Origin: Solirubrobacterales bacterium
GTDB taxonomy: Bacteria > Actinomycetota > Thermoleophilia > Solirubrobacterales > JACPNS01
Direction: 5' to 3'
NCBI GenBank assembly: GCA_047605325.1
Contig: JASGFX010000008.1
Span: 6,100 to 70,099 of the forward strand
Length of the DNA: 64,000 nucleotides
A program made the translations under genes and the position numbers. The notes beneath the pieces were generated by a model. It saw only the letters and a list, made by a program, of their open reading frames with translations. It ran no database searches and was not told the DNA's origin. Positions 1 through 10,181 of this stretch are shown here, in pieces. The first letter of the stretch is position 1; each line of letters starts with the position of its first letter.

Positions 1-1
1 C

Positions 2-790
<789 letters not shown>

Positions 791-794
791 CGCG

Positions 795-2087
795 TCAGCG
801 CAGCCCGGCGATCGCTGCCGCGAGCCGGTCCTGCTGACCGTGGGCCGCGCTCGGAGAGACACGGTTCTGCAGGATCGAGAAGGCGATCAGGTCGCCGTCG
901 GCGCTGGTGCAGTAGCCCGATAGGGACGAGACGTTGCTGAGGGTGCCGGTCTTGGCTTGGCACATCTTGTAGGCGGCGCTGCCGCGCATGCGCGAGGCCA
1001 GTGTGCCGTCGACACCCGCGATCGGCAGCGAGGCACGGAAGTCGGTGAACTGGACGCGCTTCTGAACGCCGCGCAGTAGATCGACCACTTCGCGCGGTGC
1101 GGCGTGGTCGGAGCGTGAGAGGCCACTGCCGTCGATCATTCGGACCTTCGATCCGAGCTTCGCAGCGAACTTCTCTGCGACCGAGTAGCCGGCCTTCGTG
1201 GTGGCGCTTTTCGCGCCGAGCGGAACTTCGCCGCCGTCGCTGTCGTCGTCTGCAGAGCTGCTCGGCATCGCGAGGCTCTTGACCAGTGACTCGGCGAGGT
1301 AGTTGTTCGAGGGCTTGTCCATCTGCCGCACCAACGCGCTCATCGGGAGCGAGCGCACGCTTGCGATGCGCCTGGCATCGGTCGGCGCATTTGCCGCGGA
1401 CGTCTTCGAGCTGACTTTCACGCCCGCGCTGGAGAGCGCCGCACGCAGCCGCTGCGCGGCGAAGACCGGAGGGTTGCCTTGGTAGCGACCGCTGACGAAT
1501 CCCTTGTTGACGATCAGTCCTCCGAGCACGCCGCCGATGTCGCTGCTTCGCCCCCAGTTGGAGTAGGCCGTGCCGCGCTTGGCGTCCCATGCCGACTGGT
1601 CGCCGTAGATCGTTCCGGTGACCTGCTTGATCCCGGCGGACTTGACGTTTCTGGCAAGCGTCTCGAGCGTCGCGCCAGAGCCGAAGTTGGCAGTCACGTA
1701 GCTGGCGTTGCCGAACAAGGGGTCGCCTCCGCCGCGCAGATAGAGGTCACCGGTAAGAACGCCGTCGCTTAGCGTGCCGTCGTAGTAGACGCCGGTGGAG
1801 AAGCGCCCGCCAGTTCCGTAGCGGTCGAGTGCGGCAGCTGCGGTGAAGAGCTTGGTGTTGGAGGCGAGGATACGGGCGTAGCTCGCGTTGCGTCCGGCGA
1901 CCGCGTGGTTGTCGGTGATGTTCCATGCGTAGGCGCCGGCACCACCGCCCAGCGCGTTCATTGCGCGCTTGACATCGCTGCTGGTGGTCGCGCTGGCCGG
2001 CGTAGCTGCGGTCAGGCAGAGCGCCAGCGCCACCAGCATGGCTGCGCGCAGGGAAAATCGTGAGCTGCTCGGGAACATCAGTTGCAT
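795..2087 (-). CDS. dacB: D-alanyl-D-alanine carboxypeptidase/endopeptidase, PBP4 (peptidase S13) family, secreted
   Basis: 430 aa with an N-terminal signal peptide (LVALALCLTAATPASA). Carries the SxxK motif (SNTK), DGSGLS and KTGT motifs typical of PBP4/DacB. Confidence 0.8.
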   Translation of the reverse strand: MQLMFPSSSRFSLRAAMLVALALCLTAATPASATTSSDVKRAMNALGGGAGAYAWNITDNHAVAGRNASYARILASNTKLFTAAAALDRYGTGGRFSTGVYYDGTLSDGVLTGDLYLRGGGDPLFGNASYVTANFGSGATLETLARNVKSAGIKQVTGTIYGDQSAWDAKRGTAYSNWGRSSDIGGVLGGLIVNKGFVSGRYQGNPPVFAAQRLRAALSSAGVKVSSKTSAANAPTDARRIASVRSLPMSALVRQMDKPSNNYLAESLVKSLAMPSSSADDDSDGGEVPLGAKSATTKAGYSVAEKFAAKLGSKVRMIDGSGLSRSDHAAPREVVDLLRGVQKRVQFTDFRASLPIAGVDGTLASRMRGSAAYKMCQAKTGTLSNVSSLSGYCTSADGDLIAFSILQNRVSPSAAHGQQDRLAAAIAGLR

Positions 2088-2144
2088 GTTCGAACACCTA
2101 TTCGCCGTGACAGTCGCGGCACCCGCCGAGACACAGTCGAACTT

Positions 2145-2179
2145 CTGACAAGTCTGCGCTTCCGGCGCAGACTTGTCAG
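2145..2179 (-). terminator. Perfect 15-bp stem hairpin downstream of the acyl-CoA ligase gene
   Basis: CTGACAAGTCTGCGC-ttccg-GCGCAGACTTGTCAG lies between two same-strand genes. There is no clear U-tract. Confidence 0.45.
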
Positions 2180-2200
2180 CAGGCGAGGGGCGAGGGGTGA

Positions 2201-4068
2201 TTACGAGCTGTAGAGCGCGTCGTAGATGTCGGCGTAGGACTCGTGCACGACGTTGCGCTTGACCTTCATCGAGGGGGTGAGCTCGCCGGTCTCGATCGTG
2301 AGGTCGTGGTCGAGGATCGCGATCTTCTTGACCTGCTCGACCTGCGCGAACTTCTGGTTCACCTCGTCGTTGACCGACTCGATCAACTCGATGACCTTCG
2401 CGTTGTCGTGCAGCGTTGCTCCCTCGTCGAGCCCGAGCTCCGCGCGCAGAGCCGGCGCCTCTTCTGGGTCGAGCGTGATGATCGCCGTCGGGTACGGGCG
2501 ACGGTCGCCGTACATGACCGCCTGTGAGATCCAGCGGCTCTGCTTCATGGCGTTCTCCCAGTTGGCGGGAGTGAGGTTCTTGCCGCCGGCCGTGATGATG
2601 ATGTCCTTCTTGCGGCCGTTGATGAAGATGAAGCCGTCGGCGTCGATGTAGCCGAGGTCGCCGGTGTGCAGCCAGCCGTCGGCGTCGATCGTCTCGGCGG
2701 TTGCCTCGGCGTCCTTGTAGTAGCCCTGGAAGATGTTCTTGCCCTTGACCAGAATCTCGCCGTCGTCGGCGATGTGCACGGTCACGCCGCTCACCGGGCG
2801 ACCGATCGAGCCGAACTTGTGACCGTTGAGGCCGTTGTTGGCGCTGGTGAGTGTGGAGGTTTCGGTCATGCCGTAGCCCTCGTAGACCGGGATGCCGCAG
2901 GCGTAGAAGAACTCAAGGATCTCCTTGGCGATCGGGGCGGCGCCGGTCACGGCGCGCTTGAGATTGCCGCCGAAGAGCTGACGGACGTTGTTGTAGACCG
3001 TCTCGTCGGCGCGGTCGAAGATCTCCTGCAGGTCGGCGGGCACATCGGCGCCTTCGTCCTGCAGCGTGCGTACCTGCAACCGACCTCGATCGCCTTGTGG
3101 AAGAACTCCTGCTCCTCGGGCGACTTGCTGCCGGCGACGGTGTTGGCCAGCGCGTAGATCTTCTCGAAGATGCGGGGAACGGACGGCAGGGCGTCGGGCT
3201 TGACCTCGATCAGGTCGGGCACGATCAGCGCCGGGTCGCCGCGCCAGAAGGCGACGGTGCCGCCCATGTCGAGCACGACGAACTGGGTGAGCCGCGCGAA
3301 CACGTGCGCGAGCGGGAGGAAGAGATAGACCGTCTCGCCGTTCTCATCGTCAACGTTGGCGATCGTCGCCGCGCCCATCGTCGTGGTGTTGCGGAAATTC
3401 TCGTGGGTGATCATGCAGCCCTTCGGCGGGCCTGTGGTGCCGGAGGTGTAGACGATCGTGCAGAGATCCTCGGGCTTGATCGCCGCGATGCGCGCCTCGT
3501 AATCGGCGTCGGAGACCGTCTGGCCCTGCGACTTCAGCTCCTCGAGCGTGATTGCGTCGCCGAGGTCGTCGACGTCGGGGTCGATCACCACGACGATCTT
3601 GAGCGCCGGCGTGTTCGCGCGGATCGCGCCGATCTTCTCGAGCTGGGCGCCGTTCTCGACGAACAGCACCTTCGACTCGGCGTGATTGAGGACGTACTCG
3701 CACTCCTCGGCCGAGTTGGTCGGGTAGATCGGAGCGACCACGGCGCCGGTCGCGAGCGAACCGAAGTCGGCGTAGCTCCACTCGGCGCGGGTGTTCGAAA
3801 GGATCGAGACGAAGTCGCCGGCCTCGACACCGTTGGCGATCAGGCCCTTGGCGATCGACTTGACGGTCGCGCCGAGTTCGGCGTAGCTGACCTCGTGCCA
3901 AACGTCGTCTGCATGGAATTTGAGTGCGGTCTCCGTGCCGTGCTGCTCAGCGGCGATCGTGACCAGCTCGGCCATCGTCGACGAGTTTGTCGACAGCGGA
4001 TGCCCGGTGGCAGGGGGCGAGGAGTACTCCCGCAGGTTGGTCTCGGGTGCGGCGGTCGTGGCCTCCAT
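2201..4068 (-). pseudogene. fadD: Long-chain fatty acid-CoA ligase (AMP-forming), split by an apparent 1-nt frameshift near 3079-3086
   Basis: ORF 2947..4068 carries the N-terminal half with the AMP-binding motif YTSGTTGPPKG and stays family-like up to ...FFHKAIEVG. ORF 2201..3079 continues the same family in another frame (LQVRTLQDEG...GYGMTETS...TGDLGYIDADGFIFINGRKKD...KRN). The two halves join if one base is restored in GAGGTCGGTTGCAGG. Confidence 0.75.
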
Positions 4069-4164
4069 CAGTCAAATCTCCCCAATCGGCCGGCGCCCGA
4101 TGCGCACGGCGTTTCCGTCGGTAGAACCCGGATTCTAATCAGCGTTTTGGGGTAGGCGAGCGGT

Positions 4165-6144
4165 CTACCAGTAGACGCCGCGCATCACGTGCGCGAAGGC
4201 GATCGCCTCGGGGGTGATCTGATCACGGCTGCCCGCGGTGCCCTTGGCCGCCGCGCTCTCCGGGAAGAGGTTGTAGGCGGTGCCGAGGATGCGGTCTGCG
4301 AGCTCGGGTGAGACCGCGTGGATCACTTCGCCGGTGCGGCCGAGGTTGGTGGTGACCTTTCTCGGCGTTCCGATCATGCCCTTGATCACGAGGTCGCTCG
4401 CCTCGTGCGGGGTGATCATCGGGAAGGCCTTGTAGATCGTGGTCGGCGCCGTCATCGGCGTCTTGACCAACGGCATATACACGGTGGTGAAGATCACGCC
4501 ATCGCCGATCACCTCGGGCTGGGCGCAGCGGCTGAAGGCGTCGAGCGCAGACTTGCTGGCCACGTACGCGGAGAAGCGTGGCGGGTAGGCCTGGGCGCCG
4601 ATCGAAGAGATGTTGATGATTCGGCCGTACTTGCGGGCGCGCATGCCCGGAAGCACCGACATGATCATGCGCAGTGCTCCGAAGTAGTTCAACTGCATCG
4701 TGCGCTCGAAGTCGTGGAAGCGGTCGGCGCTGCTGGTGAGCGAGCGTCGGATCGAGCGGCCAGCATTGTTGACGAGGATGTCGATACGGCCGTGCTCGGC
4801 GAGGATGTCGTCGATCACGCGCTCGCAGTCCTTGACGTCGGAGAGGTCTGCGGTGAACACGTCGGCCTCGCCGCCGGCGTCGACGATCTCATCTCGGATC
4901 ACGTCGAGTTTCGACTTGGTGCGCGCGACGAGGATCACCGTGGCGCCGGCGCGGCCGATGCGATGGGCGACGACTTCGCCGATACCGCTGGATGCGCCGG
5001 TGATCACGACGACCTTGCCGTTGACCGACCGCTTGAGTTTGCGGTTCTCGGTCGCGGCCTCGCTGAAGTTGCGCTCCCAGTAGTCCCAGAGAGTCTTGGC
5101 GTACTGCTCGAGCGGCGGCACGTGCAGGCCGCTGCCCTCGAGCTCCTTGAGCGTCTCGGTGCAGTCGAAGCGGGTCGGGTTGTCGAGGTAGGCGACGAAC
5201 TGCTCGGGCAGGCCGATCGCCTTGACGATCTCCTTGGAGACGAGCCTGGCCGCTGGATTCAGCTCGCTGGCCTTGAGCAGCAGGCGTGGGGTCGACTGGA
5301 TCAGCGGGTTGCTCGTGCGCAGGCTGAAGGCCGGGGCGCCGGCCGCGCGCGCAAAGATCGAGATCGCCTCACCGATGCTTGGCGGGTAGGGGTCGACGAG
5401 GTGAAAGGCGCGGCCGTCGAGGCCGTCCTTGTGCATCAGGAAGTCGAGGGCGCCGGCGACGAAGTCGACCGGAACCATGTTGCCCTTGCCGCCGGTGATT
5501 CCCGGGGTGGGGAGCCAGGCGGGGAGGCGGTCACCCGCGCGCTTGATCCACTTGAAGAGCAGGTATGGGCCGTCGATCTTGTCGATTGCGCCGGTGCGGC
5601 TGTCGCCGACGACGACGGCCGGGCGGTAGACGCGCCAAGGACCAGAGATTTCGTCGCGAACGATCTGCTCGGACTCGAACTTCGTGCGGTCGTAGGGAAA
5701 CTCGAGCTGCTGACCGGCGTCGAACATGTCCTCGCGGAAGACACCGTTGTAGCGACCGGCGATCGCGATCGAGCTGACGAGGTGGAAGGTCGCGTGGTCG
5801 AGCGAGTTTGCGAGGCGCACCGCGTTGATCGTGCCGCCGACATTGATCTCGCGGTTCTGCTGGTCAGAGGCCGTGATGTCGTAGATCGCCCCGAGGTGGA
5901 GAAAGTGGTCGACGTTCTTGATCCGTTCGCGATCGGCCTGCGAGAGGCCGAGGTGCGGTTCGGTCAGATCGCCGGTGACCTGGACGATGCGGCCCTTCGG
6001 TGCGCCGAGGCGCTCGACGATTGCGTCCATGCGCTCCTTCGACTGCGGGCGCACGAGCACGTAGATCCTGCCCTTGCGCTCGAGCAGGCGCTCAAGGACG
6101 TAACGACCAATGAATCCTGTACCGCCGGTTACGAAGTACGACAA
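4165..6144 (-). CDS. Fused fatty acyl-CoA reductase: N-terminal NAD-dependent thioester-reductase/epimerase domain plus C-terminal SDR domain (mycobacterial AcrA1/FcrA-like architecture)
   Basis: 659 aa. The N-terminus has TGGTGFIGRYVLERLL. The C-terminal half has a second Rossmann motif TGASSGIGEVVA and the SDR catalytic YxxxK (YVASK). Confidence 0.7.
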   Translation of the reverse strand: MSYFVTGGTGFIGRYVLERLLERKGRIYVLVRPQSKERMDAIVERLGAPKGRIVQVTGDLTEPHLGLSQADRERIKNVDHFLHLGAIYDITASDQQNREINVGGTINAVRLANSLDHATFHLVSSIAIAGRYNGVFREDMFDAGQQLEFPYDRTKFESEQIVRDEISGPWRVYRPAVVVGDSRTGAIDKIDGPYLLFKWIKRAGDRLPAWLPTPGITGGKGNMVPVDFVAGALDFLMHKDGLDGRAFHLVDPYPPSIGEAISIFARAAGAPAFSLRTSNPLIQSTPRLLLKASELNPAARLVSKEIVKAIGLPEQFVAYLDNPTRFDCTETLKELEGSGLHVPPLEQYAKTLWDYWERNFSEAATENRKLKRSVNGKVVVITGASSGIGEVVAHRIGRAGATVILVARTKSKLDVIRDEIVDAGGEADVFTADLSDVKDCERVIDDILAEHGRIDILVNNAGRSIRRSLTSSADRFHDFERTMQLNYFGALRMIMSVLPGMRARKYGRIINISSIGAQAYPPRFSAYVASKSALDAFSRCAQPEVIGDGVIFTTVYMPLVKTPMTAPTTIYKAFPMITPHEASDLVIKGMIGTPRKVTTNLGRTGEVIHAVSPELADRILGTAYNLFPESAAAKGTAGSRDQITPEAIAFAHVMRGVYW

Positions 6145-6228
6145 GTGGTGCTCCTCAGGGGACGGGGCGAGAGCGTCAAGAATAGTTGGAATTCGCCGCG
6201 CTTCGTGTGCGCGCGGCCACCGATCGGC

Positions 6229-6981
6229 TCAGATCGGATTCGGGATGTCGATGAACTCGTGCTTCACATCGAACTCCGCCTCGAGCAGCTCGCCGAGTTT
6301 TTGGACCCCGAGCTTCTCTGTGGCATGGTGGCCGGCTGCGTAAAAATGCACGCCGAGTTCCTTGGCCAGAGCATTGACGCGCTCGGCGGGCTCTCCGGTG
6401 ATGAAGGCGTCGCAGCCGACTGCCGCGGCTTCCATGACGAAGTCGGGCGCGGAGCCCGCGATCACGCCGACCCGTTCGATCCGCTCCGGTCCATACGCAA
6501 GATGCAACGGCTCGCGGCCGAGCTTTTCGGTGATCGTCGACGCCAGCTCGCCGCCGCTGACACCGCCGCTGACGCCGACGAAGCCGATTGTCCGTCCCTT
6601 CGAGACGCCGAAGGCGTCGTCGACGACCATCCCCAGCTCTTCGATCAACAGCGCGTTGTTGCCGACATCGCGGTGCGCGTCCAACGGCAGGTGGTAGGCG
6701 ATCAGGTTCAGATCGTTCGCCAGCAGCGCACGCAGCCTGGCCGCCTGCACTTCGGGTAGCGCGCCGGTCTCCCCCCAGAAGAGACCGTGGTGCACGAGCA
6801 CAGCCTGCGCACCTCGCTCCAGCGCGAGTTCGAAAAGTTCGAGGGTCGCCGACACGCCTGTGACCACAGAAGTCACCTCGGGGGCGCCCGGGACCTGCAG
6901 TCCATTCGGCCCGTAGTCGGGAAAACCGGGCGAATCCAGCAGGTTGTCGAGGTATTCGACTATCTCTGAGCGCGCAGCCAT
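6229..6981 (-). CDS. Nif3-like dinuclear metal centre protein (GTP cyclohydrolase 1 type 2 family)
   Basis: 250 aa. The N-terminus (IVEYLDNLLDSPGFPDYGPNGLQV), the LVHHGLFW motif and the C-terminal HHATEKLG are typical of the NIF3/YbgI family. Confidence 0.8.
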   Translation of the reverse strand: MAARSEIVEYLDNLLDSPGFPDYGPNGLQVPGAPEVTSVVTGVSATLELFELALERGAQAVLVHHGLFWGETGALPEVQAARLRALLANDLNLIAYHLPLDAHRDVGNNALLIEELGMVVDDAFGVSKGRTIGFVGVSGGVSGGELASTITEKLGREPLHLAYGPERIERVGVIAGSAPDFVMEAAAVGCDAFITGEPAERVNALAKELGVHFYAAGHHATEKLGVQKLGELLEAEFDVKHEFIDIPNPI

Positions 6982-7019
6982 GCCGCGATCCTAATGATCG
7001 CCCGGTAACCTCGCCAGCA

Positions 7020-7298
7020 ATGGCAGCGCGCAAGAAGCCCGCCAAAGGGATCCAGAACTTCGAGGTCGACTACGCGAGCTTCGCGGAGTCGATGATGGAC
7101 ACGTCGCTCTACGGGGTCGGCGCCTACTTCTGCGATCAGCATCCGGACCTCGTCGACGACGTTCTCGCCGAGTCCGATTCGATCGAGGGCATCGGCCTCC
7201 AGGCCTACGCCGCCGCCAACGGCCTCGACTTCGACGAGTGCCTCCAGACCCTGCTCACAGGACTCGCAGTCCGCTACTACAAGGCGATAGTCGGCTAG
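7020..7298 (+). CDS. Hypothetical small acidic protein
   Basis: 92-aa ORF whose TAG stop directly abuts the ATG of the downstream dehydrogenase (7296-7301). I recognise no family. Confidence 0.35.
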   Translation: MAARKKPAKGIQNFEVDYASFAESMMDTSLYGVGAYFCDQHPDLVDDVLAESDSIEGIGLQAYAAANGLDFDECLQTLLTGLAVRYYKAIVG

Positions 7299-8345
7299 AT
7301 GCTCGCAGTCACCTCGCACGGCCCAAAGGTCATCAGTGTTGAAGATGTCCCCAAGCCGACCATTCAGGCGAACACGGACGCGATCGTGCGCGTCACCACC
7401 TCCGCGCTGTGCGGAACCGACCTGCACATCTACCACGGCAAGATTCCCAACGTGCCCGACGGATGGATCGTCGGTCACGAATTCTGCGGTGTGATCGATG
7501 ACATCGGCGACGCGATCACCGAGTTCAAGATCGGTGATCGCGTGGTCTCGGCGATGTACGTCGCCTGCGGGCGCTGCCCGGCCTGCGTGTCCGGCGACCA
7601 CCGTCGCTGCCCTGAGTTCAGGATGTTCGGCATGGGCGCCTCGTGGGGCAATCTGCCCGGCGGCCAGGCCGAGTACGTGCGCGTGCCGCTGGCCGACATG
7701 ACGCTGCGCGCGATCCCCGATCAGCTCAGCGACGAGTCGACGATCTTCACCGGCGACATCCTCGCCACCGCCTTCAGCGCGCTGCGCCAGTCGGGCATCG
7801 TCGAGGGCGACACCGTCGCGATCGTTGGCGCGGGTCCGCTCGGCCAGATGATCGCGATGTGTGCGCCGATCTTCGGCGCCGGTCTCGTGTTCGTGATCGA
7901 TGTCGTCGAGGAGCGCCTCGAAGAGGTCAAGCAGTTCGGCGCGATCACGATCGACCCGCGCGAGCAGGATCCGCGCAAGTTGATCAAGGAGGCGACGGGC
8001 GGCCTGATGTGCGACGCGATCTTCGAGGCGGCAGGAAACGAGGCCGCGATGAAGACCGCTTTCTCGCTGCCGCGCCCGAACGGCGCCGTTGTGCTGGTCG
8101 GCATTCTCGTCGACGAGCACTTCCCCCTGACAGCCGGCGATCTCTGGCTGCGCAACACCAAGGTGATCCCGGTTCTGGGCGCTCCCTACAGTCACCGCGA
8201 TGAGCTCCTGAGGCTGATCGCCGCCGGAAAGATCGATGCCGCTCAGCTGATTACCGACCGCCTGCCGCTTTCCGCCGCCACGGATGCATACGCTGCCTTT
8301 GATCGAAAGGAATTGCAGAAGGCGATCTTCGAGGTAGGGGCATGA
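7299..8345 (+). CDS. Zinc-dependent alcohol dehydrogenase (MDR superfamily)
   Basis: 348 aa with a catalytic-zinc motif (CGTDLH...GHEFCGVI), a structural zinc cluster (CGRCPACVSGDHRRC) and the GAGPLG Rossmann motif. Confidence 0.85.
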   Translation: MLAVTSHGPKVISVEDVPKPTIQANTDAIVRVTTSALCGTDLHIYHGKIPNVPDGWIVGHEFCGVIDDIGDAITEFKIGDRVVSAMYVACGRCPACVSGDHRRCPEFRMFGMGASWGNLPGGQAEYVRVPLADMTLRAIPDQLSDESTIFTGDILATAFSALRQSGIVEGDTVAIVGAGPLGQMIAMCAPIFGAGLVFVIDVVEERLEEVKQFGAITIDPREQDPRKLIKEATGGLMCDAIFEAAGNEAAMKTAFSLPRPNGAVVLVGILVDEHFPLTAGDLWLRNTKVIPVLGAPYSHRDELLRLIAAGKIDAAQLITDRLPLSAATDAYAAFDRKELQKAIFEVGA

Positions 8346-9037
8346 GTGAGCAGGACGCACACGACGCAGGATCCGACTCTCCGCCGCCGCGTAAGCGGCT
8401 CTCGCGCGGTGAGCGTTACGAACTGATCCTCGATCGCGCGATCGAGGTCTTCGGATCGCGCGGATACCACAACGTTTCGATGGACGACGTGGCCGAGGCG
8501 GCCGGCGTCTCCAAGGCGCTCGTCTATCAGCACTTTGAGAGCAAGGACGAGCTTTACCTCGAGGTGATGCGCAACTTCGCGCAGCAGATCACCGAGACGG
8601 TCCTGCCGGCCTGGTCCCAGGATCTTCCGCAGCAGGAGCGCTTCTGGCGCGGCTTCGTCGCGTTCTTCTCGTTCGTCGAGCAGAACAAGGAGGCCTGGGG
8701 CGTGCTCTACCGCGACGCGGTCGAGATCGACGACTCGATGGTCAAGGGCATCCACACGCTCAACGTCGAGATGGCCGAGGCGATCGCGGCGACCTTCGCG
8801 AAGGATCTCGAGGACCGCGACTCCGATCCGCTGCTCACGCAGTACTCCCTCGCCGCCGGCCACGCCGTCGTCGGCGCCTGCCACGCGCTCGCCGATTTCT
8901 GGCTCGACCATCCGGACGAGACGATCTTCCGCATTGCCGGCACCGCGATGGCGGTGCTCTGGAAGGGCTTCGGCGACCTGATCGACGACGGTCAGCCGTG
9001 GTTCCCGACCGAGCAGATGCTCAAGGGGCTGATCTAG
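8342..9037 (+). CDS. TetR/AcrR family transcriptional regulator
   Basis: ATGA overlap with the ADH stop. N-terminal HTH: ILDRAIEVFGSRGYHNVSMDDVAEAAGVSKALVYQHFESKDELY. Confidence 0.85.
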   Translation: MSEQDAHDAGSDSPPPRKRLSRGERYELILDRAIEVFGSRGYHNVSMDDVAEAAGVSKALVYQHFESKDELYLEVMRNFAQQITETVLPAWSQDLPQQERFWRGFVAFFSFVEQNKEAWGVLYRDAVEIDDSMVKGIHTLNVEMAEAIAATFAKDLEDRDSDPLLTQYSLAAGHAVVGACHALADFWLDHPDETIFRIAGTAMAVLWKGFGDLIDDGQPWFPTEQMLKGLI

Positions 9038-9047
9038 CTCCAGGCGG

Positions 9048-10181
9048 TCAGGAGTATGAGTCGCGCTTGGCGCCCTTCAGCGCCCCGTCGGCTCGGCTCA
9101 GCAGTTGCTCGGCGCTCTCGCCCGGCTGCCACTGCACTGCTCCGACGCTCGCCTCGGGGGTGACGTCGGGGCAGAGCCTTGTGCGCTCGCGGCGCACAAC
9201 CTCGCGCACGCGCCGGGCAAGATTTTCGCCTGACGCCGCATCGGCGCCGACCGCGATCACGGCGAACTCGTCGCCGCCTCGCCGCGCGAGCAGTTCGTTA
9301 GAGCGGACGATCTCGTCCATCGCGCGGGCGCTTGCCGCGAGCACCGCGTCGCCGAGCGTGTAGCTGTACTCGTCGTTGATCCGCTTGAAGTCGTCGAGGT
9401 CGATCATCAGCAGCGTCAGGGGATCGCCACTGCGCTCGGCGCGGCTGATCTCGCTGCGCAGGCGTTCGTTGAACTTGCGCAGGTTGGCGACGCCGGTCAG
9501 GGGATCACGCCCTGCGAGGGCGACGTTGTGGACGATTCCGTCCTGGATGCGCTTTCTGGCGACCATCAGCATCGCTGCGCCCATCAGCGTGAAGAAAAGG
9601 ACGTTGAGCGCCACCACCTGCCCGGTGGACGTGTCACAGGTGACGAAGGCGACGAGGAACGTGACGAGCGCGATCGCCGAGAGGTGCAGGCAGGCCTGCC
9701 TGAAAGGCATGTAGAACGCAGCCGCCATCGCCGGGGCCAGCAGATAGGGCAGCACGACTGGTCCGAAGTCTCCAGAGCTGAGCGCGACGATCGAGATCAG
9801 CAGCGTGCCGATTCCGATGATCGCGTTCATCCATGGCAACGCTGGTTCGTCGCGCGCGGCCATCGCCAACCAGAAGGCGGTCATCGCGAGGGCGGCGATC
9901 GAGATCGCGATTGCGGTCGTCGAGACGGCCTCGTCCGGCACCTTCAAGTCGGGCAGGTAGGCGTTGACCACGAGGCCGACGAGCGTGACCATCGCGGTGA
10001 TCCCGTAGATGAAGGCGGCCCCGAACCAGAAGACGTTGCGGCGCACGCGGAAGCGCTCGTCGGTCACGAGAATCGCGGGCTCGCCCGGGCGGCGCATCGG
10101 GCGGTACGCGTTGTGGGCTCCGTGGCGCATGCCGAAGTCGGCGAGCGCCTTGCGCCAGCCGTGTGGGTCGCGCATCGCCAT
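9048..10181 (-). CDS. Membrane-anchored diguanylate cyclase (multi-TM N-terminus plus GGDEF)
   Basis: GGDEF domain (DPLTGVANLRKF...DLDDFKRINDEYSYTLGD...RRGGDEFAVI). I chose the internal ATG at 10181, which forms a TGATG overlap with the upstream gene's stop. The ORF track extends to 10235. Confidence 0.8.
   Translation of the reverse strand: MAMRDPHGWRKALADFGMRHGAHNAYRPMRRPGEPAILVTDERFRVRRNVFWFGAAFIYGITAMVTLVGLVVNAYLPDLKVPDEAVSTTAIAISIAALAMTAFWLAMAARDEPALPWMNAIIGIGTLLISIVALSSGDFGPVVLPYLLAPAMAAAFYMPFRQACLHLSAIALVTFLVAFVTCDTSTGQVVALNVLFFTLMGAAMLMVARKRIQDGIVHNVALAGRDPLTGVANLRKFNERLRSEISRAERSGDPLTLLMIDLDDFKRINDEYSYTLGDAVLAASARAMDEIVRSNELLARRGGDEFAVIAVGADAASGENLARRVREVVRRERTRLCPDVTPEASVGAVQWQPGESAEQLLSRADGALKGAKRDSYS

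Noticed and set aside
2091-2104. LexA-like sequence CGAAC-ACCT-ATTCG just upstream of the PBP4 start codon.
   Set aside because: It has one mismatch in the critical GTTC half-site and lies only 4 nt from the ATG, with no room for a promoter downstream of it. It is probably a chance occurrence, so I do not report it as an SOS box.
4318-6759. Very long ORFs antisense to annotated genes. Examples: 4318..6759 (+), 6960..8360 (-), 12512..14122 (+), 14447..16162 (-), 20027..21898 (-), 25859..26932 (-), 33072..35141 (-), 36510..38108 (-), 41560..43644 (-) and 47772..49580 (-).
   Set aside because: Stop-poor antisense frames are expected in very GC-rich DNA. Their translations are Arg/Ala/Gly/Pro/Asp-rich low-complexity strings with no family motifs. 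The opposite strand in each case encodes a protein with clear, multiple family signatures.
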